A stretch of 64,000 nucleotides of DNA from Candidatus Nomurabacteria bacterium (GTDB lineage Bacteria > Patescibacteriota > Minisyncoccia > Phycocordibacterales > UBA9973): contig JAPLXP010000004.1 of assembly GCA_026396015.1 (NCBI GenBank), positions 1,546 to 65,545 on the forward strand. The letters run 5' to 3'. The number at the start of each line of letters is the position of its first letter. Position 1 is the stretch's first letter. Below the pieces are notes generated by a model that was not told the DNA's origin, made no database searches, and was given only the letters and a program-made list of their open reading frames with translations. Shown piece by piece: positions 38,687 through 49,747 of the stretch. The translations under genes were made by a program, and so were the position numbers.

Positions 38687-40198
38687 ATGAAAAAACCAAA
38701 TGATACACAAAAAATTGGGTATTTTATCAAAGAACTCCGCGAGCGTCGTGGTATGACACAGGACGAACTAGCAATTGCACTATCTACCTCTCAATCAGCA
38801 GTAGCCCGTATGGAAAAGGGTGAGCAAAATTTTAGCACTGAAATACTAGGCAAAATATCTGAAGTCCTCGAGCATCAGATAGTATCTATCAACAATTCTA
38901 TAGACTTTCAGATCACGGGGGGCAAGAAGCTCCACGGATCAATCGATACAAATTTCTCAAAGAATGGATCTGTGGGATTGCTATGCGCATCCCTATTGAA
39001 TAAGGGAAGGACGACTCTCCACGGTATAGCCCGCATCGAAGAAGTGAATCGTGTGATAGAGATACTCGAGAGTATCGGAGTAGAGATCAAATGGATAGAC
39101 AAGAATTCTATCACTATCACTCCTCCAAAGACACTAAGCTTAAACAAGATAAATGTAGAATCTGCGATACGTACCAGATCTATCGTCATGCTCATGGGCC
39201 CACTACTACATTTATTCCCTGCTTTTTCACTACCTCATGCATCTGGGTGCAAGCTCGGCAAGCGTACTATCAGTGCACACACATATGCCCTCGAAGAGCT
39301 AGGAGTAAAGATCAAGACTACAAACAATAGCTACGATGTATCTGCTAAAAAATTAAAGGCGGCAGACATTGTCATGTATGAAGCCGGAGATACAGCATGT
39401 GAGAATATATTGACTGCAGCATCAAAAATAAAAGGTACGACCACTATATCATTTGCCAGTGCAAACTACATGGTCCAAGAGATCTGCTTCTTCCTCGAGA
39501 CTCTCGGTGTAAAGATTGATGGTATCGGATCATCCACCCTCGTAGTACACGGAGTACCAGATATCAACATGGATGTAGAATATACAAACAGCGAGGATCC
39601 TATCGAGTCTATGATGTTCATCTCTGCTGCTATCGCCACTGATTCCACACTACAGATAAATAGATGCCCTATCGACTTCCTATCACTCGAACTATATAAA
39701 TTAAAAAAGATGGGTTTGAAATATAAAATATTAAAAAATTATGTTTCTTACAATGGCCGTACAAAGCTCGCTGATATACAGATATTGCCATCTACTCTCA
39801 CAGCACCAGAAGACAAGATTCATGCGAATCCATACCCAGGCATAAATATGGACAACCTGCCATTCTTTGTACCGATCTGTATAAAGGCAAAAGGTACTAC
39901 ACTCATCCATGACTGGGTATATGAAAATCGTGCGATATATTTCACAGAGCTCAATCGCCTCGGAGCGAGCATCAATCTGATCGATCCTCACCGTGTGTAT
40001 GTCACAGGAGGTGCCAAGCTCAAGGCTGCCCAGGTAGTCTGCCCACCAGCACTGCGTCCATCGATGATCATACTCATCGGGATGCTAGCAGCACCAGGGG
40101 TATCAATCCTCCGTAATGTATACATGATCAAACGCGGATACGAAGAGATTGCCGAGCGTCTAAATAGCATCGGGGCAGATATTAAAATATTGAAATAA
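38687..40198 (+). CDS. murA: XRE-HTH fused to UDP-N-acetylglucosamine 1-carboxyvinyltransferase
   Basis: N-terminal LRERRGMTQDELA...QSAVARMEKG helix-turn-helix, then SKN, GCKLGKR, PYPG and RGYE MurA motifs. Confidence 0.9.
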   Translation: MKKPNDTQKIGYFIKELRERRGMTQDELAIALSTSQSAVARMEKGEQNFSTEILGKISEVLEHQIVSINNSIDFQITGGKKLHGSIDTNFSKNGSVGLLCASLLNKGRTTLHGIARIEEVNRVIEILESIGVEIKWIDKNSITITPPKTLSLNKINVESAIRTRSIVMLMGPLLHLFPAFSLPHASGCKLGKRTISAHTYALEELGVKIKTTNNSYDVSAKKLKAADIVMYEAGDTACENILTAASKIKGTTTISFASANYMVQEICFFLETLGVKIDGIGSSTLVVHGVPDINMDVEYTNSEDPIESMMFISAAIATDSTLQINRCPIDFLSLELYKLKKMGLKYKILKNYVSYNGRTKLADIQILPSTLTAPEDKIHANPYPGINMDNLPFFVPICIKAKGTTLIHDWVYENRAIYFTELNRLGASINLIDPHRVYVTGGAKLKAAQVVCPPALRPSMIILIGMLAAPGVSILRNVYMIKRGYEEIAERLNSIGADIKILK

Positions 40199-40235
40199 TA
40201 AAAAATCCTTACCGTAATGGTAAGGATTTTTTATT

Positions 40236-41018
40236 TTAAAATTTTGTAGCTTCGATACACATGAACATGGGGATCTCTTTGCGGGCGCGGTCTTCAGCAG
40301 CTGCACGAGGACCAGATTGAGATTTCTTATGAGATATCCATTCCTCTAGGTGTGTGATGGCTAGGCCATTCTTGGAAAGCAATTTTACATAATATTGGAG
40401 TGGTCGGTGGAATGATATAGTCTTGATCTTCATCCGTGGGTCACTCTCGCCTGGAGTCATATCTATAGAGAGCTTTGATTCAGACATGTATTTGTCTACG
40501 ATACGAGATTGTATCCCCTCTGCAAAATACCAGTCACTAGCCTGAGGTACACGGAATGCTGGATGATTCAATACTAGTACGATGCGTCCACCCTTCTTCA
40601 GTACACGATTACACTCGGCGAATACTTGGGATACGTTTTCGATATTCTGGATTGCTAGGACTACTACGACAGTATTTACAGATTCATCTGGCAGGAATGG
40701 TGACTTGTGCGCAGGTGATACATAAAAATCTACACTCTCAGTTCTAGCTGAAGCTTTTTCGACTAGATTGCGAGAGATGTCAGAAGCTATGATATGCACG
40801 TTCTTTTGTCTTGCAAAAAGATTTGAAAAATATCCCTGACCACAAGCCAAATCAAATACAACTTCACCTGCACGTAAATCAAGCACACGTAATAGATTCG
40901 GCGCGATGACTTTTGCTTGATAGCTGTCAGTATCCTTTTCTAGTAGCTCGTCGTACCACCCTGAAACGCGATTCCATGAAGTGTCTTTTTTATTAGTATT
41001 TTTGTCGTTATGTAACAT
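40236..41018 (-). CDS. Class I SAM-dependent methyltransferase
   Basis: VFDLACGQG, SDIS, RVLKKGG, NHP.F and FHRPL motifs. Confidence 0.88.
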   Translation of the reverse strand: MLHNDKNTNKKDTSWNRVSGWYDELLEKDTDSYQAKVIAPNLLRVLDLRAGEVVFDLACGQGYFSNLFARQKNVHIIASDISRNLVEKASARTESVDFYVSPAHKSPFLPDESVNTVVVVLAIQNIENVSQVFAECNRVLKKGGRIVLVLNHPAFRVPQASDWYFAEGIQSRIVDKYMSESKLSIDMTPGESDPRMKIKTISFHRPLQYYVKLLSKNGLAITHLEEWISHKKSQSGPRAAAEDRARKEIPMFMCIEATKF

Positions 41019-41057
41019 TATGGGAGTATTATAGCACAAAAATACCGAAAAATCAAG

Positions 41058-42533
41058 TTATTCGATTATGTCTATATCTCTTGCATTTATTGGGTTTTCT
41101 AGGCCCTCATCATGATGCTTGTGATTCTGTATATATCGGATACTGTACACAGCAGACAAGGCCACAATCATGACGGCTATCCATCCAAATACAGGCCATG
41201 ATACACGAGGACCTGCATCCCCCGCACTAGCAGCTATGTCATTTAGATTTATAACATTATTATTTTTTTCTTTTTTACCTAGTGAAATTGTGGGGAACGT
41301 TTTTTCTATATTATTATTTTCTCTTGGTGCAGATTCAATTTTATTATTTATAACTTGTGAAGGATTTTGATCTTTTGCAGGAGTAGGAATATCTATAAAT
41401 GGAAATCCTGCTATGACTTCCCCGCTCGGAGATATGATAGATATATTACTCAAATCATCAAAACTAAATTTTGTCACTCGTGGTGAAATTTTTATTTTCT
41501 TGCCGGACATGATAATAGTACCGTCAGGAATAACAAAAGAATTACTTTTGCCTCTCAAAACCCAATTCGACAATGTCGTCTCGTAGCTAGACTTATTTTC
41601 CAATTCAATATATGGATCAGTGGCCGTACCCACAGAAGATATGACGACGCTCGCAGGTATTACCTTTATGATCATCTTGTCTGTGGCATCAATATTGCTA
41701 CCATAATAATTCTGAAAATAAGATAGTGTCATAAGATACTCCCCAGGGTAGTCATATCGATACAAGAATGAGCTATTCTGATTTGGTATTTCTCGAGACA
41801 TACCATCCCCAAAATTCCAGATGAATCTACCATATGAAAGATTCTCCTTGCTGTATCCAGTAGTCTTTTGGTCAACCTTAAAATCAATCCCTGAGATTAC
41901 TACATTTTTAGATATTATCTCTGTACTTATCTTTGGTGGTGCTACCTCTTTTTTGGGAACAATTACAGAGCTACTAGAAGAACTAAATGACGAGCCACCA
42001 CCAGAACCTGAAGAAACCTGATTCTGATTTGATACATCAGGCACAGTAGCAAGTCCAGGAGTAGGTAATGAGGCAACCCACGAAGAACCTGATTTCTGTA
42101 AAGAATTTCCATCTTCACTGGCGCCGAGAGATGAAACATAAGCCACGCTATCTATTGTAGTGCCATCATTTATGAGTGACACATTGCCGCTGTCCTTATC
42201 CAATACCATCACAGTATCTATAGCTGTACCAGGAAAACTAGCATGGTCAGCCAGAAAAGTATTCTTGTCCCCCGTTAGGATAAAGTAAGACTGGGCAGGC
42301 ACAGAGAAATCAACTTTGTTGTTCAGATAGTGTGAGGCACCATCATTGAATCGCCACTTGAGCGCATCTATAGATGCAGGAGCAGATCCATTGTTGTAAA
42401 CTTCAATCCATTGATGATTCGTATTCGCACCTTTTGGGTCATACATTATCTCAGTAATCTCAAGTGAGGCCGATACTATGTATGGTACACAAAATACAAT
42501 AAACAAACCAAAACAGATTAAAATTCTTTTCAT
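41058..42533 (-). CDS. Surface protein with lamin-tail domains, a PKD-like domain and a C-terminal TM anchor
   Basis: ITEIMYDP...WIEVYN, WNFGDG and YIELEN...LSNW motifs; signal peptide. Confidence 0.8.
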   Translation of the reverse strand: MKRILICFGLFIVFCVPYIVSASLEITEIMYDPKGANTNHQWIEVYNNGSAPASIDALKWRFNDGASHYLNNKVDFSVPAQSYFILTGDKNTFLADHASFPGTAIDTVMVLDKDSGNVSLINDGTTIDSVAYVSSLGASEDGNSLQKSGSSWVASLPTPGLATVPDVSNQNQVSSGSGGGSSFSSSSSSVIVPKKEVAPPKISTEIISKNVVISGIDFKVDQKTTGYSKENLSYGRFIWNFGDGMSREIPNQNSSFLYRYDYPGEYLMTLSYFQNYYGSNIDATDKMIIKVIPASVVISSVGTATDPYIELENKSSYETTLSNWVLRGKSNSFVIPDGTIIMSGKKIKISPRVTKFSFDDLSNISIISPSGEVIAGFPFIDIPTPAKDQNPSQVINNKIESAPRENNNIEKTFPTISLGKKEKNNNVINLNDIAASAGDAGPRVSWPVFGWIAVMIVALSAVYSIRYIQNHKHHDEGLENPINARDIDIIE

Positions 42534-42574
42534 AGATTTTTATTTAACCGTAAAAATATGACGGTCTTTTTATT

Positions 42575-44938
42575 TTATTCTAATATTTTTTTCAATACTT
42601 CCTCGGGTACTTCTTTTGATGGGACACGCTTCTGCCAGGAGTCATTTTGATTCACTACAGGATCTGCACTCTGTGTATTATCCACTTCTGTTTTTTCTGG
42701 AGTACTCAAGATTGTTTCAATCTCTTTTTCTACAACAGGATTTGGAAATGCTTCTGGAATTTTTTCTATTACTTTTACTTCTTCAGTTGTAACTGGTATT
42801 TCCTTTGGAATATTTTTTACTTCCACTTCTGTTTTAATCTCTTCTACAACAGGAGCAATCAGGGCATCCACTACTTTTACTTCTGGTGCAGTATGCGCAG
42901 GCTCTACTGTAGTCTTTGTGGTTGTAGTTGTCGTAGTTGTAGTAGTCTGTGGTGTAGCCACTTTTGCAAGAAGATCTTTTAGTGCATTTTTATTTTCTTC
43001 AGATGCCTCACGGGTAAGGAGAACGGTCTTGGGCTTTATTGGTGCATTTACTACAGGATTTGAAGAGGCCACCTTGAGCGCAGAAAGAGACATGGGTTTT
43101 TGTTCCACCCGCTTTACCTCTACTACCTCCGGTACTTTTTGAGTATCTAATTTTTCAGACTTTTCATTCTTTATCTTTTCCAATAGACCTCTGAGTAACG
43201 GAGAAGGAGATCCTATTTTTTTAATGAACGGCTTTGGTGTGAATTTTGAATCTGGATTATTTGCGGGTTGACCCTTTTGGTAATTATTTTTTGGAATAAA
43301 TGGTTTACCTGGGACAACTAGTGGAGCAGAATCTTTTTGGGGAATACTCTCCCTATTTGCAGTGAATGCAGTAGTCAGACGTGATCCATCTTGGTTGAAT
43401 TCAATACCCAATGCTGCCAGTGGTGCAGAATTTACAGTATCTTGCTTGAATGCCTTTGGTGTAATGAATCCTTTTGCGGCCTCAAGATTTCCTTCTTTTA
43501 TCTTGAAAAGACACTCCTTACAATAGATTGGTTTCTTTGGGTCTGGCTCGAATGGAACCATTATTTCCTTTCCACAATTTAGACATGTAGCTTTGAATTT
43601 ACCTATAGCTTCAGGGTTGTCTGTAGCCTGGAGTGTACCACTCCAACGCATAATCTCGTTCTCTACTTCTTCACGAGGTTTTGTGTAAAGTGCACGAGAT
43701 GATTCAATGATTTTCTCTTTTACATTATCTGTCAGATCCACCTTGATTGGAGGAAGAGTACTCGCAGAAAATGGACGACTAGTCACCCCGTCGATCATCA
43801 ACTTTAGATATACGTGATAGTTTGGCAGGTTTACTAAATCCTGAGCCATGAATTCTGGCTCGAATTCTTTTTCTAGAAAATCTGCGTCATCAGCACCAAC
43901 ACGGAAGATAATCATCGTACCCACGTTGCCGAATACAGCATCACGAACTTTACTACCATCCTTGTTTTCAAGTTGGGCAGTGTACTGGTGGGCGATTATA
44001 AGATTTAAACGATATTTGCGGGCCTCAGAGAGGATGTTTGCAAATGAGTCTGTAGCAAAATTCTGGAACTCGTCGACATATAGATAAAAGTCTTTACGAT
44101 CATTCTCAGGAATACGCACACGCTCCATAGCAGCGAGCTGAATCTTGGTGATGAGCATTCCTCCGAGCAAAGCAGAGTTGTCTTCTCCGACGCGACCCTT
44201 GGACACGTTCACGAGGAATATTTTTCCTTCATTCATAATATCAAAGATATCGATTGTAGATTTTTGTTGACCGAGGACATTACGGATAATAGAAGTGGAT
44301 AGGAATTGTCCTACCTTGTTTTGAATCGGAGCTATGGCTTCATTTCTGAATTGATCACGCCACTGCTCGTATTCGTGCACCCAAAATGCCTTGACCACTG
44401 GGTCCTTTAGATTGTTCACAATCATCTGACGATAATCCTTGTCCACTAGGATACGAGGAATACCGAGTAGTGTAGTTCCAGGAGTATCGAGCAATGCGAG
44501 AATGGCATTGTTTAGAATGTACTCCATACGACTACTCCATGCATTGGCCCAAATCTTGGTAAAGATTCCCATGAGTCCTGACGCTACGAGGTGCTTGTAT
44601 TTTGGATCGTCGATCTGCAACACATTGAATCCAATATGAAAATCCGTATCAGCCGGATTGAAGTAGATAACATCTTTTACGCGATGCTCTGGGATGAGAC
44701 TGAGAATTTCCTCGACGAGCTCGCCGTGTGGATCCACCACGCAGACACCCTCGCCATTTTGAATATTCTGCACGATTAGATTCGAAAGGAGTACTGATTT
44801 ACCAGTACCAGATTTTCCCAGCACATACATATGCTGACGGCGGTCTTTTCTCTTTATACCAAAAACATTCCCGGTATTACGAAAGTTTGTCTTACCAAAA
44901 TATGTAATATCTCGATTGTGTGGGATTCCTGTATCCAT
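42575..44938 (-). CDS. TraG/VirD4/HerA-like (DUF87) P-loop ATPase with a CxxC-x17-CxxC domain and a low-complexity tail
   Basis: HMYVLGKSGTGKS, VDPHG, YVDEFQNF and SEARKY motifs; CLNC...CKEC. Confidence 0.88.
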   Translation of the reverse strand: MDTGIPHNRDITYFGKTNFRNTGNVFGIKRKDRRQHMYVLGKSGTGKSVLLSNLIVQNIQNGEGVCVVDPHGELVEEILSLIPEHRVKDVIYFNPADTDFHIGFNVLQIDDPKYKHLVASGLMGIFTKIWANAWSSRMEYILNNAILALLDTPGTTLLGIPRILVDKDYRQMIVNNLKDPVVKAFWVHEYEQWRDQFRNEAIAPIQNKVGQFLSTSIIRNVLGQQKSTIDIFDIMNEGKIFLVNVSKGRVGEDNSALLGGMLITKIQLAAMERVRIPENDRKDFYLYVDEFQNFATDSFANILSEARKYRLNLIIAHQYTAQLENKDGSKVRDAVFGNVGTMIIFRVGADDADFLEKEFEPEFMAQDLVNLPNYHVYLKLMIDGVTSRPFSASTLPPIKVDLTDNVKEKIIESSRALYTKPREEVENEIMRWSGTLQATDNPEAIGKFKATCLNCGKEIMVPFEPDPKKPIYCKECLFKIKEGNLEAAKGFITPKAFKQDTVNSAPLAALGIEFNQDGSRLTTAFTANRESIPQKDSAPLVVPGKPFIPKNNYQKGQPANNPDSKFTPKPFIKKIGSPSPLLRGLLEKIKNEKSEKLDTQKVPEVVEVKRVEQKPMSLSALKVASSNPVVNAPIKPKTVLLTREASEENKNALKDLLAKVATPQTTTTTTTTTTKTTVEPAHTAPEVKVVDALIAPVVEEIKTEVEVKNIPKEIPVTTEEVKVIEKIPEAFPNPVVEKEIETILSTPEKTEVDNTQSADPVVNQNDSWQKRVPSKEVPEEVLKKILE

Positions 44939-45054
44939 GTTGGTTTTATTATAACATATATGATAGAATCAAAACACTAAATTTATACTCTGATACATAA
45001 AGCTATATATCAGCAAAATAAACAATTTGTTCATTTAAAAAATCAATACGAAAT

Positions 45055-45219
45055 ATGAGAAAAATCATCTTAAATCCATTTAAATGGTTCGGCATCTGGG
45101 TTGTTGTCTGCTTATTAATTTTTGTATATATTCTATATTGGATTATATCAAAAATATTTAGAATCAAAACAAAAGAGCAGGCCTACACCGGTTGGGCAAA
45201 TCAAAAGTGTTTTAGTTAA
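45055..45219 (+). CDS. Possible 54-aa single-TM microprotein
   Basis: Manual translation MRKIILNPFKWFGIWVVVCLLIFVYILYWIISKIFRIK...; followed by a hairpin at 45222-45246. Confidence 0.5.
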   Translation: MRKIILNPFKWFGIWVVVCLLIFVYILYWIISKIFRIKTKEQAYTGWANQKCFS

Positions 45220-45249
45220 CTAAAAAAGGAGCATATGCTCCTTTTTATT

Positions 45250-45555
45250 TTACCCAAATAATTCTTTTTTCTTTAATTCTAATTTTGAGATTATTTCAGG
45301 GTCTGTGACTTTTGAAAATCTTTCAAAAGTTTTCCTCTCGCGCATCACTATCTCTGTAAAATTATCTAAAGATCTGACAAATACCTTCATATGACTACCC
45401 TTTAAAATATCCACTTCATAAAGTGGTTTGTAAAACAAAACTTCACAGTCTTTTTCTGCGTCAAGTCCAAATCCTTCTACCACATATGAGTGATCGTATA
45501 CATCACCCTGATCGTGTTTGAAATGATAATAAAATTCTCCTATTTGTGGTTTCAT
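45250..45555 (-). CDS. DUF1653-like small SH3-fold protein
   Basis: G.FYYHFK...Y.V...YKPLY...FVR....F...RF pattern. Confidence 0.7.
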   Translation of the reverse strand: MKPQIGEFYYHFKHDQGDVYDHSYVVEGFGLDAEKDCEVLFYKPLYEVDILKGSHMKVFVRSLDNFTEIVMRERKTFERFSKVTDPEIISKLELKKKELFG

Positions 45556-45606
45556 AATATAATTTTATCACTAATTCAAAATATAAATAAATGATACAAT
45601 ACATTA

Positions 45607-46185
45607 ATGATTCCAGACTACATATCATATATCACAATTCCAATAGGACTAATCGGAATATATTTATATATAAAAGAAATAATTCTCGGTAAAACAAGAC
45701 CAAACATAGTCACTTGGATTTTTTGGTCTATAGCACCACTAGTAGGAGTATTTATAAACTACAAAAGTGGAGTATCAATATCATTATTAGCTTCGACATT
45801 TATAGCAGGATTTGGACCACTACTAGTAGTCCTATTTTCAATATTCAATAAAAATTCCTATTACATAATTACTAAATTTGATATTCTCTGTGGTATCTTA
45901 TCTGTACTTTCAATAATACTTTGGATAACCACAAAGAATGTTATACTTTCACTTTCTTTTGCTATATTTGCAGATTTTACAGCAGGACTACCTACAATTA
46001 TTAAATCATGGACTCATAGTGATACAGAGAGTCATGCACCATACTCTATAGGAATACTAAATCAAATAATAACCTTTTTAGTTATTACAGATTTTTCTTA
46101 CATCAACACAGCCTTCCCTATTTATTTTGTAATAGCGAATGGAGTAATAATCCTAGGCATTTATCACAAAAAATTATTCAAATAA
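45607..46185 (+). CDS. Polytopic membrane protein (PQ-loop-like)
   Basis: Y...I..GKTRPN..TW..W and D...GLPTI.KSW..S.TES motifs; 6-7 TM helices. Confidence 0.65.
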   Translation: MIPDYISYITIPIGLIGIYLYIKEIILGKTRPNIVTWIFWSIAPLVGVFINYKSGVSISLLASTFIAGFGPLLVVLFSIFNKNSYYIITKFDILCGILSVLSIILWITTKNVILSLSFAIFADFTAGLPTIIKSWTHSDTESHAPYSIGILNQIITFLVITDFSYINTAFPIYFVIANGVIILGIYHKKLFK

Positions 46186-46204
46186 CACAATATTCCCAAT
46201 TACT

Positions 46205-46250
46205 AAAAATGACATTCGGACATTCTTGAGAATGTCCGAATGTCATTTTT
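46205..46250. repeat. ACATTC palindrome, site 1
   Basis: aaaaatgacattcggacattct-tg-agaatgtccgaatgtcattttt; perfect 22-bp arms. Confidence 0.9.
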
Positions 46251-46253
46251 GTT

Positions 46254-47945
46254 TTAGATTACTTCATTCTGATAACATTTTTCACAATATACGATCTCGG
46301 GTCGGTCGGGGGAATAAGATGCCTTGATATCTATTCCACATTCTGCACAATTTCGATCAAAAGATGTAGGTGGCAATGCACGAGAGAATCTTTCCCCTCT
46401 TCTGCAGTCTGAACATTTTCGAGGTATTGATAAATTTAATTTATTCAATATATCTATTTCTCCATCTACGATTTTAAAACATCGTCCGCAATCACATCTC
46501 ACAACGTAATTCAAAATAGTATTTCGATCAGATCTTTTATCTGGCAAATCTTTTGATTCTATATTGTGCACATACTCATTGGGTTGTACTTCTACCCATT
46601 TATATCCAAAATCAATAGCTTGGTCTTTTGTCTTGGGGTAATACACACTTGCAAATGTCTCATTGTATCCAAATGAAGAAGCTTGAAACGGCAAAAATTC
46701 ACCATATTTATATATCCTGCCTTTTGAATCTATATATGGATTCACCTTCATATCCTCTATTATTTTATTTTTCAAGATATCAAAATCCTCTTTTGAATAT
46801 TCTTTATTTAAAATAAAATACGATTTCCTCTTTAAATTTGCACAACCAAATACATTCTTGCAAGAAGATGCATAATAGCAATATTCATGATTCAAACAAT
46901 CAGGATATGAACCAATGGAAAACTTTATATTAGAGGACCCATGCCCAGCAATCAGTGTCTCATAGATGAGCTCTGCTCCACCGCCCCAACATGTATAGTC
47001 ATAGGCATCCTTAGTCTTTTCTACTGAAATCAATTGTACGAATCTAGAATCCTCTGTACTAGTGATCATATATGAGTCTCTGGCATTTTTTGATTCGAAA
47101 ATATATTCCCCGGAGACATTTACATTCAGACTATTCCCATACATTGATTTCACTGGATTCTTCAACCAAAAATCTCTAGCCTCTTTTTTGTAATGCTCAA
47201 AATTTGAATATGACGACAAATCTGCATTTTTAATAAATTCAAAATATTCTTCTTTTGTGTATTGCTCATTATAAATGCAATAAGATTTCTTTCTTAAATT
47301 AATACACCCAAAACAATCATTGCAACCAGAACAATTTTTAGAAAAGTATAAATTTATAGAGTTGTCACATTCATCACAAGATACACAACCAAAGCATTTA
47401 TATATACCTACGCAATCATAACACTTTTCTGATTCACGAATTCGAAAACAATCCGAGCTATCTTTTAAGGTATTCAAAAAATCACAATAAAAAGAATTTT
47501 CTGCATAGTCAGCAAAAAATAAACCATAACAATTATTTAGATGTGAAGAATAATTTGTATACGAGGTATTAATCAAAGAAGAATACAATGTATCCAATGC
47601 CATCATTGGGGTATTGTTTTTAAATTCAATATATTGCTCCAAGAAATTCCTATTTGGATCATAATCCACCCCATACTCTGTACCATCCCAATCATCCGCC
47701 CACCAACATTTTGAGCAGAAAACTTTTTTACCACTATCCTTGTGATACATGGATATTATATTTGAATTACATTTATCACATACCCCCTTGTATAGTGAAT
47801 ATATATTCATAAAAGCCAAACGTCTTTCAAATCGACATGTAGGGCAAAATGTCGGTGATGGAACTTTTATCTTTTCATAGAATGAAAAATCATCTGGTTC
47901 TATGTTGAAATCTTTTTTACAATTTTGGCAGTTACGTGTTTCCAT
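46254..47945 (-). CDS. Cys-rich zinc-ribbon / beta-helix-like protein (paralog 1)
   Basis: METRNCQNC...PTFCPTCR, many CxxC motifs, YGEFLP, VYCEKCYQNEVI. Start moved to 47945. Confidence 0.8.
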   Translation of the reverse strand: METRNCQNCKKDFNIEPDDFSFYEKIKVPSPTFCPTCRFERRLAFMNIYSLYKGVCDKCNSNIISMYHKDSGKKVFCSKCWWADDWDGTEYGVDYDPNRNFLEQYIEFKNNTPMMALDTLYSSLINTSYTNYSSHLNNCYGLFFADYAENSFYCDFLNTLKDSSDCFRIRESEKCYDCVGIYKCFGCVSCDECDNSINLYFSKNCSGCNDCFGCINLRKKSYCIYNEQYTKEEYFEFIKNADLSSYSNFEHYKKEARDFWLKNPVKSMYGNSLNVNVSGEYIFESKNARDSYMITSTEDSRFVQLISVEKTKDAYDYTCWGGGAELIYETLIAGHGSSNIKFSIGSYPDCLNHEYCYYASSCKNVFGCANLKRKSYFILNKEYSKEDFDILKNKIIEDMKVNPYIDSKGRIYKYGEFLPFQASSFGYNETFASVYYPKTKDQAIDFGYKWVEVQPNEYVHNIESKDLPDKRSDRNTILNYVVRCDCGRCFKIVDGEIDILNKLNLSIPRKCSDCRRGERFSRALPPTSFDRNCAECGIDIKASYSPDRPEIVYCEKCYQNEVI

Positions 47946-47956
47946 TTTTTTAATTT

Positions 47957-47992
47957 TGACATTCTCACATTCTGCAGAATACGAGAATGTCA
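47957..47992. repeat. ACATTC palindrome, site 2
   Basis: tgacattctcacattctgcagaatacgagaatgtca. Confidence 0.88.
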
Positions 47993-48000
47993 TTTTAATT

Positions 48001-49701
48001 TTAAATTACTTCATTTTGATAACATTTTTTACAAAAAATAACAGGTGCACTCTCTAATGTGTAATGCGTCCTAAAATTTATACCACATTTATCACACACC
48101 CTATCTTTTAATGACATATTGTCTACCCATAGATTAAACTTCTTATTTATTCTACAAAAATGACATTCTCTGGGGATTGGCAAATTCATCTTTTTCAAGA
48201 AAGAATATTCCTGCCCTATGATTCTATACCCTTTTGAACACTCTCTGCAAGATATTATCTCTTTCAAAATATCTTCACCTACTTCATTGATATCATCTTT
48301 TAAATCAGACCAATCTAGACTTATACTATGATCATTTGAGTTGTCCTTCTCAAAATTTAAACCATAATCTTTTATATCTTTTTCTGAAAGTTTATTGAAA
48401 AATTGTGCAAGTGTCTTGTTATAAGCAAACGGTGATATTTCCATTGGGAAGAATTCACCGTATTTATATACATGACCCAAACTATTGATATAAGGAACAT
48501 CATTCATCTGAATTTTTATTTTTTCCATCAACTCAAAATATTGGTCTTTACTATACTCTTTATTCAAGATGACGTACTTACCATTGCGTACAGACACTCC
48601 ACCAAAAACATACGATGATCCAAAAACTAATTTTGAATATTCGATATCCATACTCCCAATACCCGTTTCTTGAGTAAACTTTAGGTTTGAGGCATTCTCC
48701 CCAATATTATTCCCTTCATATGAAGAAGAAAGATTTCCTCCCCAGCTTGATATATCATATACATCTCGAACTGGCTTGTTGTACAACATCAAAAGGAATT
48801 TACCATTCTCTACTCCAGTCACGTCATAGCACTCCTTACAATTCTTTGAATCAAAAACATAGCTACCAGTATGATCCACTGACATATCGTCATATGCTGG
48901 CTTTGGTATTTGAGTCTTCCAAAAAATATTAGAATCTTCCTCTAATTTTTTATATCCAGACCATGTATTTATTTTTAAAGATTCTTTTATTTGTAAGTAT
49001 TCCTCTCTAGAATATTGTTGATTAAAAATACAATATTTTTTATTTTTCAAATTAGTACAGCCAATACAATCAGTACAATTATCGCAATCCCTACAGAAAA
49101 AACAATCCAAATTAAATCTAGCATTACCTCTTGTTCCTACACATCCATTACTCTTAAAAATATTCATGCAGTCATAGCATGAATCACAATTCATAACCAT
49201 GGAGCAATCGACAACGTCTTTGTTCCCAGTGACTAGTACACCATAGGCAGAATTCTCGTTGTAGCTAGTCAAAAAAGTCAGGTAACAATTTTTTAAATCT
49301 TGTGCATGATTATTATATGGTGAACCATTTGTAGTACTAGTATTAATAGAAAGACCACATAATGGAGTTGATTTCAATAAACTAGAAAACTGATCAAGGA
49401 AACTTTTTGTTTCATCAAAATCTATACCATAATCTCGCCAATCCCATTTATCACCCCACCAGCATTTTGGGCAGTACACAGTATATTCAGAATCTGGACT
49501 GTACATAGATATAAAATTTTCATTACACAAATCACACTCTCTTTTATATAAATTCAATAGATTCATCCATGCTAGTCTACGGACACGTCTGCAATCCGGG
49601 CAAAAAGTCGGAGCAGGAACACCCATCTTTTTATAAAATGAAAAATCATCAGGTTCGATGTTGAAATCTTTTTTACAATTCTGACAGTTTTTTGTTTCCA
49701 T
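48001..49701 (-). CDS. Cys-rich zinc-ribbon / beta-helix-like protein (paralog 2)
   Basis: METKNCQNC...PTFCPDCR, YGEFFP, IFCKKCYQNEVI. Confidence 0.82.
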   Translation of the reverse strand: METKNCQNCKKDFNIEPDDFSFYKKMGVPAPTFCPDCRRVRRLAWMNLLNLYKRECDLCNENFISMYSPDSEYTVYCPKCWWGDKWDWRDYGIDFDETKSFLDQFSSLLKSTPLCGLSINTSTTNGSPYNNHAQDLKNCYLTFLTSYNENSAYGVLVTGNKDVVDCSMVMNCDSCYDCMNIFKSNGCVGTRGNARFNLDCFFCRDCDNCTDCIGCTNLKNKKYCIFNQQYSREEYLQIKESLKINTWSGYKKLEEDSNIFWKTQIPKPAYDDMSVDHTGSYVFDSKNCKECYDVTGVENGKFLLMLYNKPVRDVYDISSWGGNLSSSYEGNNIGENASNLKFTQETGIGSMDIEYSKLVFGSSYVFGGVSVRNGKYVILNKEYSKDQYFELMEKIKIQMNDVPYINSLGHVYKYGEFFPMEISPFAYNKTLAQFFNKLSEKDIKDYGLNFEKDNSNDHSISLDWSDLKDDINEVGEDILKEIISCRECSKGYRIIGQEYSFLKKMNLPIPRECHFCRINKKFNLWVDNMSLKDRVCDKCGINFRTHYTLESAPVIFCKKCYQNEVI

Positions 49702-49713
49702 ATTTTAGATTTC

Positions 49714-49747
49714 GACATTCTCACATTCTTGAGAATGTCCGAATGTC
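49714..49747. repeat. ACATTC palindrome, site 3
   Basis: gacattctcacattcttgagaatgtccgaatgtc. Confidence 0.88.
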
